DNA of 64,000 nt from the human T2T-CHM13v2.0 reference genome, Homo sapiens: assembly GCF_009914755.1 (NCBI RefSeq), contig NC_060930.1. One strand, 5' to 3'. The position numbers and the translations under genes were made by a program. The notes under the pieces are model-generated. The model was not told the origin of the DNA. It searched no databases and saw only the letters and a list, made by a program, of their open reading frames with translations. Shown piece after piece: positions 51,672 to 64,000 of the stretch; the first letter of the stretch is position 1, and each line of letters starts with the position of its first letter.

Positions 51672-51727
<56 letters not shown>
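51672..51727. repeat. (TCTA)14 tetranucleotide STR
   Basis: Uninterrupted run, directly visible. Confidence 0.97.
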
Positions 51728-51728
<1 letters not shown>

Positions 51729-54519
51729 AATCTGAGGTTTAAAGTGTTCCAACATTACGAAAAGGCTGTGGGAGTAAAAAGAAATTTCTTTTTACCTTCT
51801 GGAATTTTTACCACAGAAATGCAAGCAAAGAGAAGAGAAACCCACTGAGGATTAAGGATCTCTATCCCAAGAGGCAAAAGCATTCTGAATGCTCAATCAT
51901 ATCTACAGTTAATGGACAAACACCGTTCATTACCTGGTGAATATACAAACTTCAGCAATTTGGAATTGTGAGAAAAACAAGGATAATATTTGGTAGAATC
52001 TGAGAAAACTGACAGTAGAGAACATCAGTCCCATTCTTTCTTATTTTTATCTGTCTATTAAATTAGAATATCCATCACTTTAACATATTCAGAAATACTG
52101 GAAAGTATAGTTCTATCCTTCTCTTAGCCCCATTATTCATATATTCCTAAGAATGAATAGTGAAGATGGCAAGATTGGCGTAAGCATATGGATATACCTA
52201 TTTTCTTTCTAGTTGTACTGCTGTGTGGTTTACATAGTCATTGAGTGCTCCTGTCCTCCATATAGTAAACCCACCAGTGGTGTGTGCTGAGTTCTGCATA
52301 CTAGAGGTGAGTCTTCCGGCAAATTCTTTCTGCTACACACTACTGAGAGCCCAAGAGCCATTGCAGAGCCATTCCTCCTTACAAACGGTTAAACCTTCAG
52401 ATGCAAACACTTCTGTGGGTGGATTGTTCCAAGATCTAACTTGGAGGAACCAAGATATAAAGAAGGCAGGTTCAGTATTACTGGGACATGTTAACTAAGA
52501 TGCGGGTGCTCGTGGCAGGTTACACAAGCTTTTCTGAGATGCTGTCTTCTCTGTGATCATTGATTTAGAAGCTAGAGATGGGTCTGTAGCATTTATAACT
52601 TATTAGTAGATGTAGTCACTGGACAAGTCAAGACAAAAATTAGAAAATTGATGAAGTGTCTAAAACATTTGTGTACTCTTCCCTTGATCTACATATTTAG
52701 TCCTACAGCTTTGGGATGCTAAGCATCATTAATCATTCACATTAAACCTTGTTGCGAAGTAGCCTCTACTGATATTGTTGAATAATTAACTCCCCTTGAA
52801 TCTGCTGCTAATTGCTATATTTCACAGGGTACTTGGTGGCAAGTGTGGCTTCCTATTAAACACAGTCCTAAGACACTGATACTCCCTTGACCAACACTAG
52901 TGCCACATTCACCATTTGCCACTGGTTTTTCCACAGTTTTCCCAACACAGAAAACATTGCTCATACCACAGAAAACGGGAATCCAGATAAATAAGAAAAA
53001 AATAAATATTTCAGGGGGAAAAAAGCGTAGATATAAAACAATAGGAGAAAAAGGTCGAAATCATGATTCATCAACTGGAGTTACTGTTAACAAATTGTGC
53101 CATATTCAGTGAGTCAGGCAGACAAGGTCATATATAATATAGACCCAAATTTATAAGACCAAGCTCTGTCTCCCTGTCTTTGTGTATGTGTTTATATGTG
53201 TATGGAAAAGTATTTTAGTGAACCAGGATAACCTATAAGACATAATCCTCAAGGATTGTTTTTTATTTTTAAAAAATTCAGCTTAATTTATTATTACTTT
53301 CTTCTACTAAAAATATAACACTGGTAAGTTCCATATATTTTTAGTAATTTTAAAATAATTCAGATTCCTCTAATGAGGAATTAAAATATCCAACCCAATG
53401 GTTTAGTGTCGTGGCTTCCTCTCCATCCTTCTTGAACCAGTCCAACTTCAGCTCACGTGACAGAAGACTAGAAGCCAGCCCGCATTTAAGAAAGGGGTGT
53501 TGTATATTTCTTCTATTTTAGTTTTCTGTCTTTCTATTTTTCTTCCACCAACTTTGATTCTGAACACTCCAAAGTTGGAGCACAGTGAACATGAGGAGGC
53601 AAATAGGCAGTCAAGTGCTGAGTTAACAGGTAGTGTTATAGGCAGACATCATACTCTATGGACTTGTAATCAGTATAATTTTTATGCTCTTCTATGACTG
53701 CTATTATGTGTTCTTCAGAAAATCAGCTGACACTTGGGAACCTTTTACCTTCAATTTCCTATGGTTGTCATCCTGACTCATTGCTTTCTAATTTACTTGC
53801 ACTTCTGCATCTGAACATAACTCTAGCTTTTCTCTGGTGAAGTATGCTGACTTTTGCTCTTAAAAGGAATTTGAGAAAATCTTATCCTGACTCTCTATCA
53901 GCTGTAAGTCATATCAAATTCAGAGGAAACAGACAAAATGTTTGTTTAACAAAATCTGAAAGTACAAGATGGTGAATCCAGCCATCTCAAATTTGGCTCA
54001 CCCCTCAGCAGCTAGCTTTGCAAATCTTTTGCTCTAAGGTTTGTAAGGTGAACACGCACACTGGTCTATATCAAGTGACAAATTTCAAGCTCTCTAAGTG
54101 ATTCTGCTCAAGTACCTTCTACTAAGTGTATGATGAAGAGCAGGAACAACAAACCATTACCCTCTTAAAGTAGTAAAGCTCACAGGTCAACGAAAAAATT
54201 ATGCACTCCGCCTATGCTTCTTTTCTTAGCCTTTTCAAGTTCCTTTGAAGTGTAGATGTTGGTTGGCAGGTTTTCTGTCATTAACGTTTTGCAATTCCAG
54301 CAAAGTGGCATAATTGGAATGCAGCATCAATTGTTTTCAAGCCCCAGCTGAAACTGATGTCATAGTTTTCTAAATATATCTCTTGCTTGTTTATCTAAAT
54401 ATATCTCTCTCCCTTTTTCTGAGTGTGTGTAAGTGAGTGCCTTCCCAAACAGGAAATTCTCCTTTACTTAAATATTTATGCCTAAGTGTCCTTATTAATC
54501 TTCTTTACTGTCAGGCTGT

Positions 54520-55250
54520 TAATAAACACATATAGAAATAAATGATCAAGTTTCCCAGACAAGGTAGAATAACAAGGATTAAACTTACACTTACTTTTGA
54601 AATAAAAACAAAACAAGATGGACACAGTGTATAAAACAATGGTTTCAGGCAATAGGCCATCAGGCAAAAAAAAGGTGATTCTTGAGAAAAGATAAAAAAG
54701 AAGATGGGTCCCCAAATTGCCTCACATCACCGAAAGACAGTTTCCAGGGCAAAGAGAAGGAAGAGTGAACCCAGTCAGAGGCTGATAGACTCCACATTTT
54801 GAAGAGATAGAGCTCAGAGCCAAGACAGACTGAGGTGTCTTGAGTTCACAGGGAAGAGTATCAGAGAGGAAGCTGCCACACAGAGAAGAAGCTTTGGATA
54901 GCCAGTCATCAGAGGTTTCTGCTAAAATCTTTAGCTGAGTACTGATGACCACATATGTATCAAGAGACTGTGTGAAGCCATGGAAATAACTACCACCACC
55001 ACCTATAACGAAAAGAGCAGGGAAAGAATACCAAAGGCTCTAAAATGGCCAGGTGCTGTTCATGTTTCTACTAGCAAGAATGGAAAACTTAACAATTCAC
55101 AGGTTATTTGGTAGGATACTCTAAAAGGTATTGCCTTAGCAGTAGAGCAAGCAAAATTAGTCCTAAAGTGTGAATAATAAAAAATTTTGAGATATCTTCA
55201 TTGTATCTTAAATAAAAGCCCAAGAATACCTACATAAAAAGTTAAGAGCA
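54520..55250 (+). mobile_element. Old L1M 5'-region fragment
   Basis: Purine-rich 'acagtttccagggc...gagttcacagggaagagtatcagagagg...ctttagctgagtactgatg'. Confidence 0.5.
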
Positions 55251-55424
55251 GATGAAGTTAAACAGATAAATAGACTAGTTAGCATAAATAAGAGATAACA
55301 ACAGAACCTGGAATAATGTTGTTTGGATGTCTTATCCTTCAGGAACTATTGAAATAAGATGACTGTGAGAAATTGTGTACTACTTACTTTGTAATTTAAA
55401 AACTTCTGATAAGTGAAACCACAT

Positions 55425-55723
<299 letters not shown>

Positions 55724-56325
55724 AAACCACATCATGATGGGAGAAATTGTGTGTTAGCATTGGATTTACTTGACTACAATGACAGAAAAAACTGATAAAA
55801 AGTGAAGTTCCTTCTTAACCTGTGTCCAAGTGACCTGTAGGAGCCTCGTCCTTCGGCAGCTATATGAGCCCTGTGTTAATGAAGAGACAAACATCAGTGT
55901 TATGTGGTAACTTTTGGAGATGTTCATAAGACTGACAGGTTGTACATGCACTACATACCAATTTGATTGGCTAAAACAAACTAACAAAACCATTGTTGGA
56001 CGACGATCCGGAGCAACTGGAACTTACAGAGTCCTGGAGAAAATGTAAAATGGTACACAAGTTTCAGAAAGCAGTTTAGTAGTTTCTTCCATAAACATTC
56101 ACTTACAACACAACCCAATAGTATCCTAGAGCTTTTAGAAATCGTTGTAAATGTATTTTATAATTTACATGCAGTAGAATTCATTAATTTCTAAAGTTTC
56201 ATTTTTTTTTGTTTTTCTGTTATAAATGTCTTTCAGCCTAAAAAACCTCCTGTAGCATTTCTTTCAGAACAGATCTATTGGTGATGAATCCTCTCAATTA
56301 TTCTCCATGAGATAAAATCTTTATT

Positions 56326-56634
<309 letters not shown>

Positions 56635-56844
56635 TTTATTTCATTCTTATGTGTAAAATATATTTTTGCTGGATATAGAACTGCTAGTTGGCAGTCCATT
56701 TCTTTCAGAATTTTAAATATTATTCTACTGTCCTCTGGCTTCAGGGTTACGAATGTACAATTCTCCAAGTCAATTGAATTGTTGTTCCCCAATATGTATC
56801 ACTGTTGTCTGAAAGCCTTAAGATTTTCTTTACCTTTGGTTTTG

Positions 56845-57067
56845 TTCCAAGTCTTTGCTATTGTGAACAGTGCTGCAATAAACATACGTGTGCATGTGTC
56901 TTTATAGTAGAATGATTTATAATCCTTTGGGTATATACCCAGTAATGGGATTGCTGGGTCAAATGGTATTTCTGGTTCTAGCTCCTTAAGGAATCTCCAC
57001 ACTGTCTTCCGCAATGGTTGGACTAATTTACATTCCCACCAACAGTGTAAAAGCATTCCTGTTTCTC
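56845..57067 (-). mobile_element. Tailless internal L1PA ORF2 fragment
   Basis: Encodes [14 protein letters not shown]...FIAALFTIAKTWN; no 3' UTR or poly(A); flanked by GGTTTTG at 56838-44 and 57068-74. Confidence 0.88.
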
Positions 57068-57623
57068 GGTTTTGGACAATATTTTAATGGTGTGTCTAGT
57101 CATGGTTTATTTTGAGTTTATCTTGTTTGAAATTCACTGAGTCTCTTAAATCTGTACAATTAATTTTACCAAATTTGAGAAGTTTTCCATAATTATTTCT
57201 TTGAAAATCTTTGCTGTACCAATCATTCAGAGACTACAATGACATGGAAGTTAGACCTTTGGATATTGTCGCATAGGCCCTGAGAAGTGGCGATTTTATT
57301 TAGTTTTTATCTTCTTCAGATAGGATCATTTCAGTTGATCTGTTTCCAACTTCACTGGTTCGTACTTCTTTTATCACCAACCAGCTACTAAACCATCTTT
57401 TTTAAAAATTTTTCATATCTTAGTTTTTAGTTTCAAAAATTATATTTGCTTTTATATAGTTTATTTTTACCTACTGTGAATTTCTATTTTTTTAATTCAA
57501 GTATATTAACAATTATTTTATCAAGCATTGTTATGGTGGTTGCTTTAAAAGTTTTGCTTAATAACAACAACTAGGTTATCTCATGGTTAGCATGGATCAT
57601 CTTTCTCCTTAAGAAATGGTAAA

Positions 57624-57735
57624 GCTGGATGCAGTGGAGGCTGAGGTAAAAGGATCTCTTGAGCCCAGGAGTTTGAGACTAGCCTGGGTGATATAGAGAG
57701 ATCCCCTTTCAAAAACAACAACAACAAAAAAAACG
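57624..57735 (+). mobile_element. FLAM/Alu left-monomer fragment
   Basis: 'gaggctgaggtaaaaggatctcttgagcccaggagtttgagactagcctggg' plus (CAA)n tail. Confidence 0.8.
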
Positions 57736-57817
57736 AAGAAGAAGAAGGAGATTGATTTTTTTTCCCACTGGTTTTTGGTATATCAAGATATCAAGAATGT
57801 TTGCATTATGACCCTGA

Positions 57818-58086
<269 letters not shown>

Positions 58087-58853
58087 ATGCCCAGAACATT
58101 TTCAATATTATGGTATGAGACTCTAAATTCTCATAAAATCTCTTAAAATCCTCCTAAGAATGCTCATTTCAGTTCTGTTTTATTATGGTTTAGCAAGTAA
58201 GTATTAAATTTGGTCTGCAAATTGTCTCTCATCTTCTGTTCATAGCAGTTTTAGTATCAGTTTAGTTTCAAAGCCTTTGCTATACTGTTTGTTTTTCCTT
58301 CACGTGTGCCACTTAGAGTTTGATCTGGGACTTGAATGATGCTTTAGATCCTGGTTAATTCTCAAAGTCTTTGTGTACTTCTCTGGGCGTGTTCCCCCCA
58401 TGCACTCCTTAGAAAAAGTCCAGTAATTGTCTCCGTTTGCATACAGATTTAGCAATCCCCTGGCAGATATTTCCTTGGATATTTCCTCTTGTATTTCTTT
58501 CCCCCTTCCCCCACCTCCAGTATGTAGTTCCTAGGGCCCCACCTCAGTTATCATGGGCCATATATGCAGATTTCTTTCAGAGTTTCAGTTTTCCATACCA
58601 TTGCATGCTTCCACACAAACGGTCCACATTAACTATTAAGCATCTACGAAAAAAAAAAAATATAAAAAGAAAAAAATTTCTTTGAAATAATTCCTCTCAC
58701 ACTCTTAGTACAATAGGCATCCCATTTTCTGTATTCGGAGAGACAAGTTTTTCTTACAGTTTTAGGTGCTCAAATTTTTCAAACTGCACAGCTGCAGTTT
58801 AATTCCATAACTGATGCTTACTTCAGGGCAAGGACAGAAAAGAAAAAGAGAAA

Positions 58854-58904
58854 ACACACACACACACTCACACACACACACACAGAGAAAAAGAGAGAGA
58901 GAGA
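58854..58904. repeat. Compound (CA)n(GA)n microsatellite
   Basis: Directly visible. Confidence 0.9.
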
Positions 58905-59269
58905 GTAAAAAATGGCCATTCCCACACTCTAGGGCTGGCAGAGACTTTTCTCCACAAGCTCTCTGGCCAGAAAGAATCCTTTTCAAAGTTTTCTTAACAC
59001 CTGCCATGCATTTTCTTAATTTAGCCTGCTAGGACATCCTGTCAGAGAATAAAGGAATAATAAAAGAAACCACCCAGGAAACTTATTGCCAGCATTTTGT
59101 TGTTCTTCAAATTTTAGCTTCCTTCACCAGTCTGCCTGCTGTTACTTACTTCTCAGAGTCCTTAGGTAGTTGTTTTATGTATTTTGCTCAATGTTTTTAG
59201 TTGTAATCAGTGGGAGAGACAAGCTGCAGTGGCTTACTCCATTTTACCTATAACCAAAAGTATCCACTT

Positions 59270-59800
59270 CTAGGTATCTAGACAAGATATAATAACAGAC
59301 ATATAATTTCATACAATAACATAACAAAATGTGGCAACTTCATTTGTAATGATCACAAATTGAAAACAATGAACATTGCTATCAACTGCTGCAGTGATCA
59401 TAAATTGTGGTATACCTGAACAATGGATTATTACTCAGCACCTAAGAAGAGTGAACTATTGACACATGCGATGCATTAATGAATCTCAAAAGCGTTATGC
59501 TAAGTAAAAGAATCCAGGCACGAAAATGTATATGCAGTTTAATTTCATTTAGAGAGTAGTCTAATAAAGAAAAAATGTAGTGGCAGAGCAGTGATTGTGA
59601 AGGGTCACGGTGTAGAAAGGGCATCAAAAAAAGAGCACAAAAGAATGTTTTGGAAGTAACGGAAATGTTCTATATCAAAATTATGGTGGCAGTAGTGGTA
59701 TGACTTTATGCTCTTGTCAAAACTCATAAATCATACATTTGAAATTGGTAAAATTGTATTGCATGTCCATTTAAAATTCAATAAAGATTATTTAAAAATT
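59270..59800 (+). mobile_element. L1ME 3' end (continuation of the fragment at ~55990-56130)
   Basis: 'taaattgtggtatacctgaacaatggattattactcagca...atgaatctcaaaagcgttatgctaagtaaaagaatccag...tcaataaa'. Confidence 0.7.
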
Positions 59801-61819
59801 TAAACACAGATGCCTTGTATACTGTATTTTCTCCCTGTGTCTCTCTATTAAATTAATAGAGTATGTTATGTCTTGTGAGTTTGATTATCAATACAAACCT
59901 GAAAACACTGTGTGGTGATTCTAGGAGAAGTAATATCATATGTCAAATGGACTCAGTATTCCTCAATTTTGTTTAATATAAAGAGAAGTTCCTAAACCAA
60001 TTTGCATATTCTGTTTTCACAGTAATTCTTCCCAGTTGTCAAAATCTTCCCCAGAGGACTCACATCCACTTGAAGGGGACTGTAAAAAGTTAGGTTTTAT
60101 TCTATTTGCCTAAGTCAACAGGCTTTAAGCTATTATATGGAATATAAAACTCTCACTCCCAAATGCCATGGTGGACATCCTCTTAGGCCATAAGGAAAGC
60201 AGAACTCAGAATCAATGTGACCCTTAATTGAAACAGTTTCATCTGTGTTGTGACCCATTTAACTCCTTTGGGGGCAACAAGGAATGACTAATTGTATCTC
60301 TGAAAATCATTAGCCAAATTTCCCTCTGTAATTAACTCACAGAAGCTATATATTCATCAGTACTTAAAATAAAGGTAGACATTTCAATCCATAGTAGAGA
60401 AAAAAAACCTAAGTATACGTACTTACATTTAATCGGAAGCTATCACCAAAGAAATACATTATGTTTTAGATGTAATAATTAAACATTATGCTGTTGAATA
60501 AGAATATTTTTGAAGCCTGAGAGATAATTTCAGCAGGCAACATAGAAACAGCTATGTCTCCCTATCAGATCTAGTCATATCCATCTTCTCAATTAAACCT
60601 TTAGGAACGCATTTAGTATCTGAAATTAATATTAGATATCAGTTCATCAAACTGGATTTTTATGCTAAACAAGAACAAATAGCCTAATAGCAATGCCTTG
60701 GACAGAATTTGCAAAGAGTAGACACTCTATAAATATCTGTTGAATAAAATAATTACAATTTTTAACAGATAAATGATTCAATGACATTAATAACCCTTAA
60801 GCTCCATGATACTCAAAAACAAAGTTGAAGCACTAAAAAGTAAAAATAAAAAAGCAAGAAAAAACATCAGAAAAGGAGATATTCTACACAGGTAATAGAA
60901 GAGGCTTGAAGAACTGATGTTTTGATATTTTTTTACCTGCAATTATAATGTGAAGTGAGATTCTTGTCTCTAAAATAAGGTATCTCCAGATTAGTATGCT
61001 CTTCGATTTTCAAAACAGAAAAAATAAAGCAACTCAGAAACTTTAAAAAACTAAGCACATAAATAACTCTTCATAAAAACAATATCATTTTGATTTTTAT
61101 ACTTTATGTACATTTATATTACTTTAAAATCACCACCATAAAATTATTATAGATTTTATCTTATAGTCAAGTATTAACTATTGACTGTACTATCTACTAA
61201 AATATTTGAAAAAGTAATTCTTCACCTCCAATTCCATTCACTGAGAAGCTAATATTATCTTTGGGAACCGAACCATTAGATTATGGGCATAATAGCACAC
61301 CTACATTTCAATCCCAGCTTTGTAAATCGAACCAATTATTTATCTTATTTGGGAATGTTTACTCATCTCTAAATGGGGATACAAATACCTCCATTAGGAA
61401 GTGTAACCTCTTTACCAAGTCTTTAGTAATAGGTAGAAGATGTAATATGGTTTTTCAGTAAATATCATTACTGTTAATTAATCAGACAAAGGCAGGCAAT
61501 TCAGAAGAATGCATACTCTAGAACCCCATTTCATGGTTTCCTCACATATTTCATAACTTACAGGCTTCACAAAGGAATTTCTCGAAATGGATCCTCCTGT
61601 CCATAAAACTCTTTACCTCAGCAGGTTTTTGTGATACCGGCCTCATAATTCCAACAGTAGTAATCACTAGAGAATAAAAACACCTGCAAAAACACTTTCT
61701 TGTTTTTAATCCTCCCTGGCCTCTCATCCCCCACCTTGTGTCTTCTGTCTTTAATCTCTTGTAGGTATTATCATAAACCACTAAAATAAGTCTCCTGTTA
61801 AACCACAATATCTCTTATT

Positions 61820-62245
61820 TTTTGTGTGTGTATGTGTGTGATAAGAACATTCAACACCAGACCTAGCAAATTTTAAACTATTCAATATAGCATTCTCAGC
61901 TGTAAGCACTAAGCTGTACAGTAGATCTCTAGGACTTAATTTACCTTCTATAACCAAAACTTTGTGTCCTTTGACAAATATTTCCTCATTTCCCTCTCCA
62001 CCTAGCCCCCGATATTAGTCAATTTTATACTCTGCTTCTAGGAGTTTAACTGTTTTAGATTCAGCATACAAATGTTATGCATTATTTGTTCTTCTAAGTC
62101 TGGCTTATTTCACTTAACATGATATTCTCCAGGCTCATCCACATTGTCGCAAATTGCAGTACATCCTTCTTTTTTAAGGCTGAATAAGATTGCATTGTAT
62201 GTGTACACCACATTCTCTTCATCCATTCATTTGTGAATAAACATC
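61820..62245 (-). mobile_element. L1MA 3'-end fragment
   Basis: 'ctgtacagtagatctctaggactt...tggcttatttcacttaacatgatattctccaggctcatccac'. Confidence 0.8.
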
Positions 62246-63691
62246 TATCTTTTCAAAACTACAATACCCCTTGTATCTTACTATCATTGAAAAAAATAGT
62301 TTTCATTATTATAAAGTAAATCAGTTTGTGAGTTTGACTTTATATGTGCCACAATCTATAGCTAAACATGGTTTTGACATATGTTGGGGAAGATGTAGTG
62401 GCATATTTCATTCTGCAATCAAGGATTTAAAAACTATACCTGAAAATATCTAGTTCAAAGCCTGCTTCATATGAAGGTTTAAAAATCACTAATTCAGTTT
62501 AACTTGAAACAATAATGATTTGCTGTGTTAAACACAATATTTTAAACATTTAAACAAATTTGTTGCAAATAAACTGAAATACTCAGAAAAGGAACTATAA
62601 GAATACTCTGTCTTTGAAGTAACATTGTATGCTGTTATTTACAAACTTTTTCTCTAATCATTGCCAATGTTTTCTCTACATATCAGGTAATTAACTTGAC
62701 TTAGCATCATTGTGTTTACCTCTCAGTTACTCTTCATTGAACACTTTTCAAATGCCTTCTATTTTTCTTATTTGGATTTGGCAAATTATCTTGCTAACAT
62801 TCTTTCAAAATGACTTTTAAGGACCTCTGGTATATCAATTTATTCACTGTATTGATTTCATTATGCATTAGTTGAACCAACTGTTGCAAACCTTTCAAAA
62901 CACTATTGTTTTTTGCTTGCTTTGCAGCTTCATTTTGGGTATAATTGACAAAACTGTTTACGCCCTTTAGAGTTTACTCCAATTGTTAAAGTTTTCATAA
63001 TAACAAGCAATTGTTTCTTGGACCTATTCTTTGTTTTCTGTTGAATATTTTCTGAGTTAATAGTTTGAGTGATCTCTTTTAAACAGTGAAAAATCTAAAA
63101 TTGTGTTGGTTAAAATTGCATTGTTTTTGTTTCTTTCAAATCCTGACCTTCAAAATGGAACATAATTTTAAAATATAATTACTAGAATTGAGTTATCATC
63201 TAATCATAAGTAAACACCTTTTTGTATTTTATGAAAATGAGCTTTAACAAGCAAGAGAATGAAAACATCTCAAAACAAAAAGTAGTATCTAACACAAATA
63301 GATATTACCCTTTAAAATATGAGTGATCAAGGTAAGTTCAGAAAATGTTCCATATTCCAAATAACCTTCCCTCCCCCCAAAAAAACCATGAAAATAAAAC
63401 ATCATTGATAATATAATCTGTTTATTAAAAACAAAATGTTATAGGATAGGTTTTGATAGTTAATTTAAATTGTATCAATGTATATCAATGTATAAACACA
63501 GACATAATACACACATAAATATAGTTATATAGGCATACACATATAGGTATAGGTATACGTACCTATACCTATATGTATATGCATATGTGTATGTATGAAT
63601 ACATGCACATATACATAAATTCATATAAATGTATACAATTTAAATTCACATTAGTACCAAATATATGTATATAGGCATGTGCATTTCTATC

Positions 63692-63718
63692 TGTGTGTGT
63701 GTGTGTGTGTGTGTGTGT
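63692..63718. repeat. (TG)n microsatellite at the end of a TA/CA-rich low-complexity tract (from ~63480)
   Basis: Directly visible. Confidence 0.9.
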
Positions 63719-63727
63719 ATAACACAC

Positions 63728-63944
63728 AATCGCCCTTTAATATTCGTGGGTTCTAACTCCTCATATTGACCTAGCCCCATATATAAAAGACAGTAATTGT
63801 GAGATGTGGAAACCACTGATACTGAGAGACTGACTTTAGTAATCCTGGCTTTTGCAGGGCCTACTGTGGAACTTGAGCATCCACGGACTTTGGTAGACGG
63901 GGTGGTCCTGGAACCAGTGCCCCAGAGGTACCCCAGGATGGCTG
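63728..63944 (-). mobile_element. MER2/Tigger-family MITE
   Basis: 'ggaacttgagcatccacggactttggta...ggtcctggaaccagtgcccc...gtaccccaggatggctg' matches the antisense Tigger-type terminus. Confidence 0.7.
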
Positions 63945-64000
63945 TGTATGTAAATATTTATAAGTTTAAATACAGATTGTGTCATGAAAAACCTTTAAAT

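Overview
AT-rich, repeat-dense human intergenic DNA. The species call rests on a human-specific L1HS-Ta element and an AluYb8. I found no intact protein-coding gene. The only gene-derived sequences are a full-length processed pseudogene of NUFIP1 (minus strand, 41554-45035; 16-bp TSD, one frameshift, three in-frame stops; probably the known 6q12 NUFIP1P locus, from memory) and a 3'-truncated 5S rRNA pseudogene. The rest is a layered record of transposition: a complete THE1 provirus, several solo LTRs, a ~12-kb nest of L1s, DNA-transposon MITEs, five Alu-family elements and a full-length SVA. I cannot support a new biological system here. The most notable signals are (i) short 3' transductions on both the L1HS-Ta and the SVA, (ii) a tailless, probably internally primed L1 fragment with a TSD, (iii) several locally templated insertion scars resembling polymerase-theta end joining, and (iv) a co-oriented LTR-SVA-NUFIP1P array that could permit read-through transcription. 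Repeat subfamily names come from recalled consensus sequences, and boundaries of old repeats are approximate.
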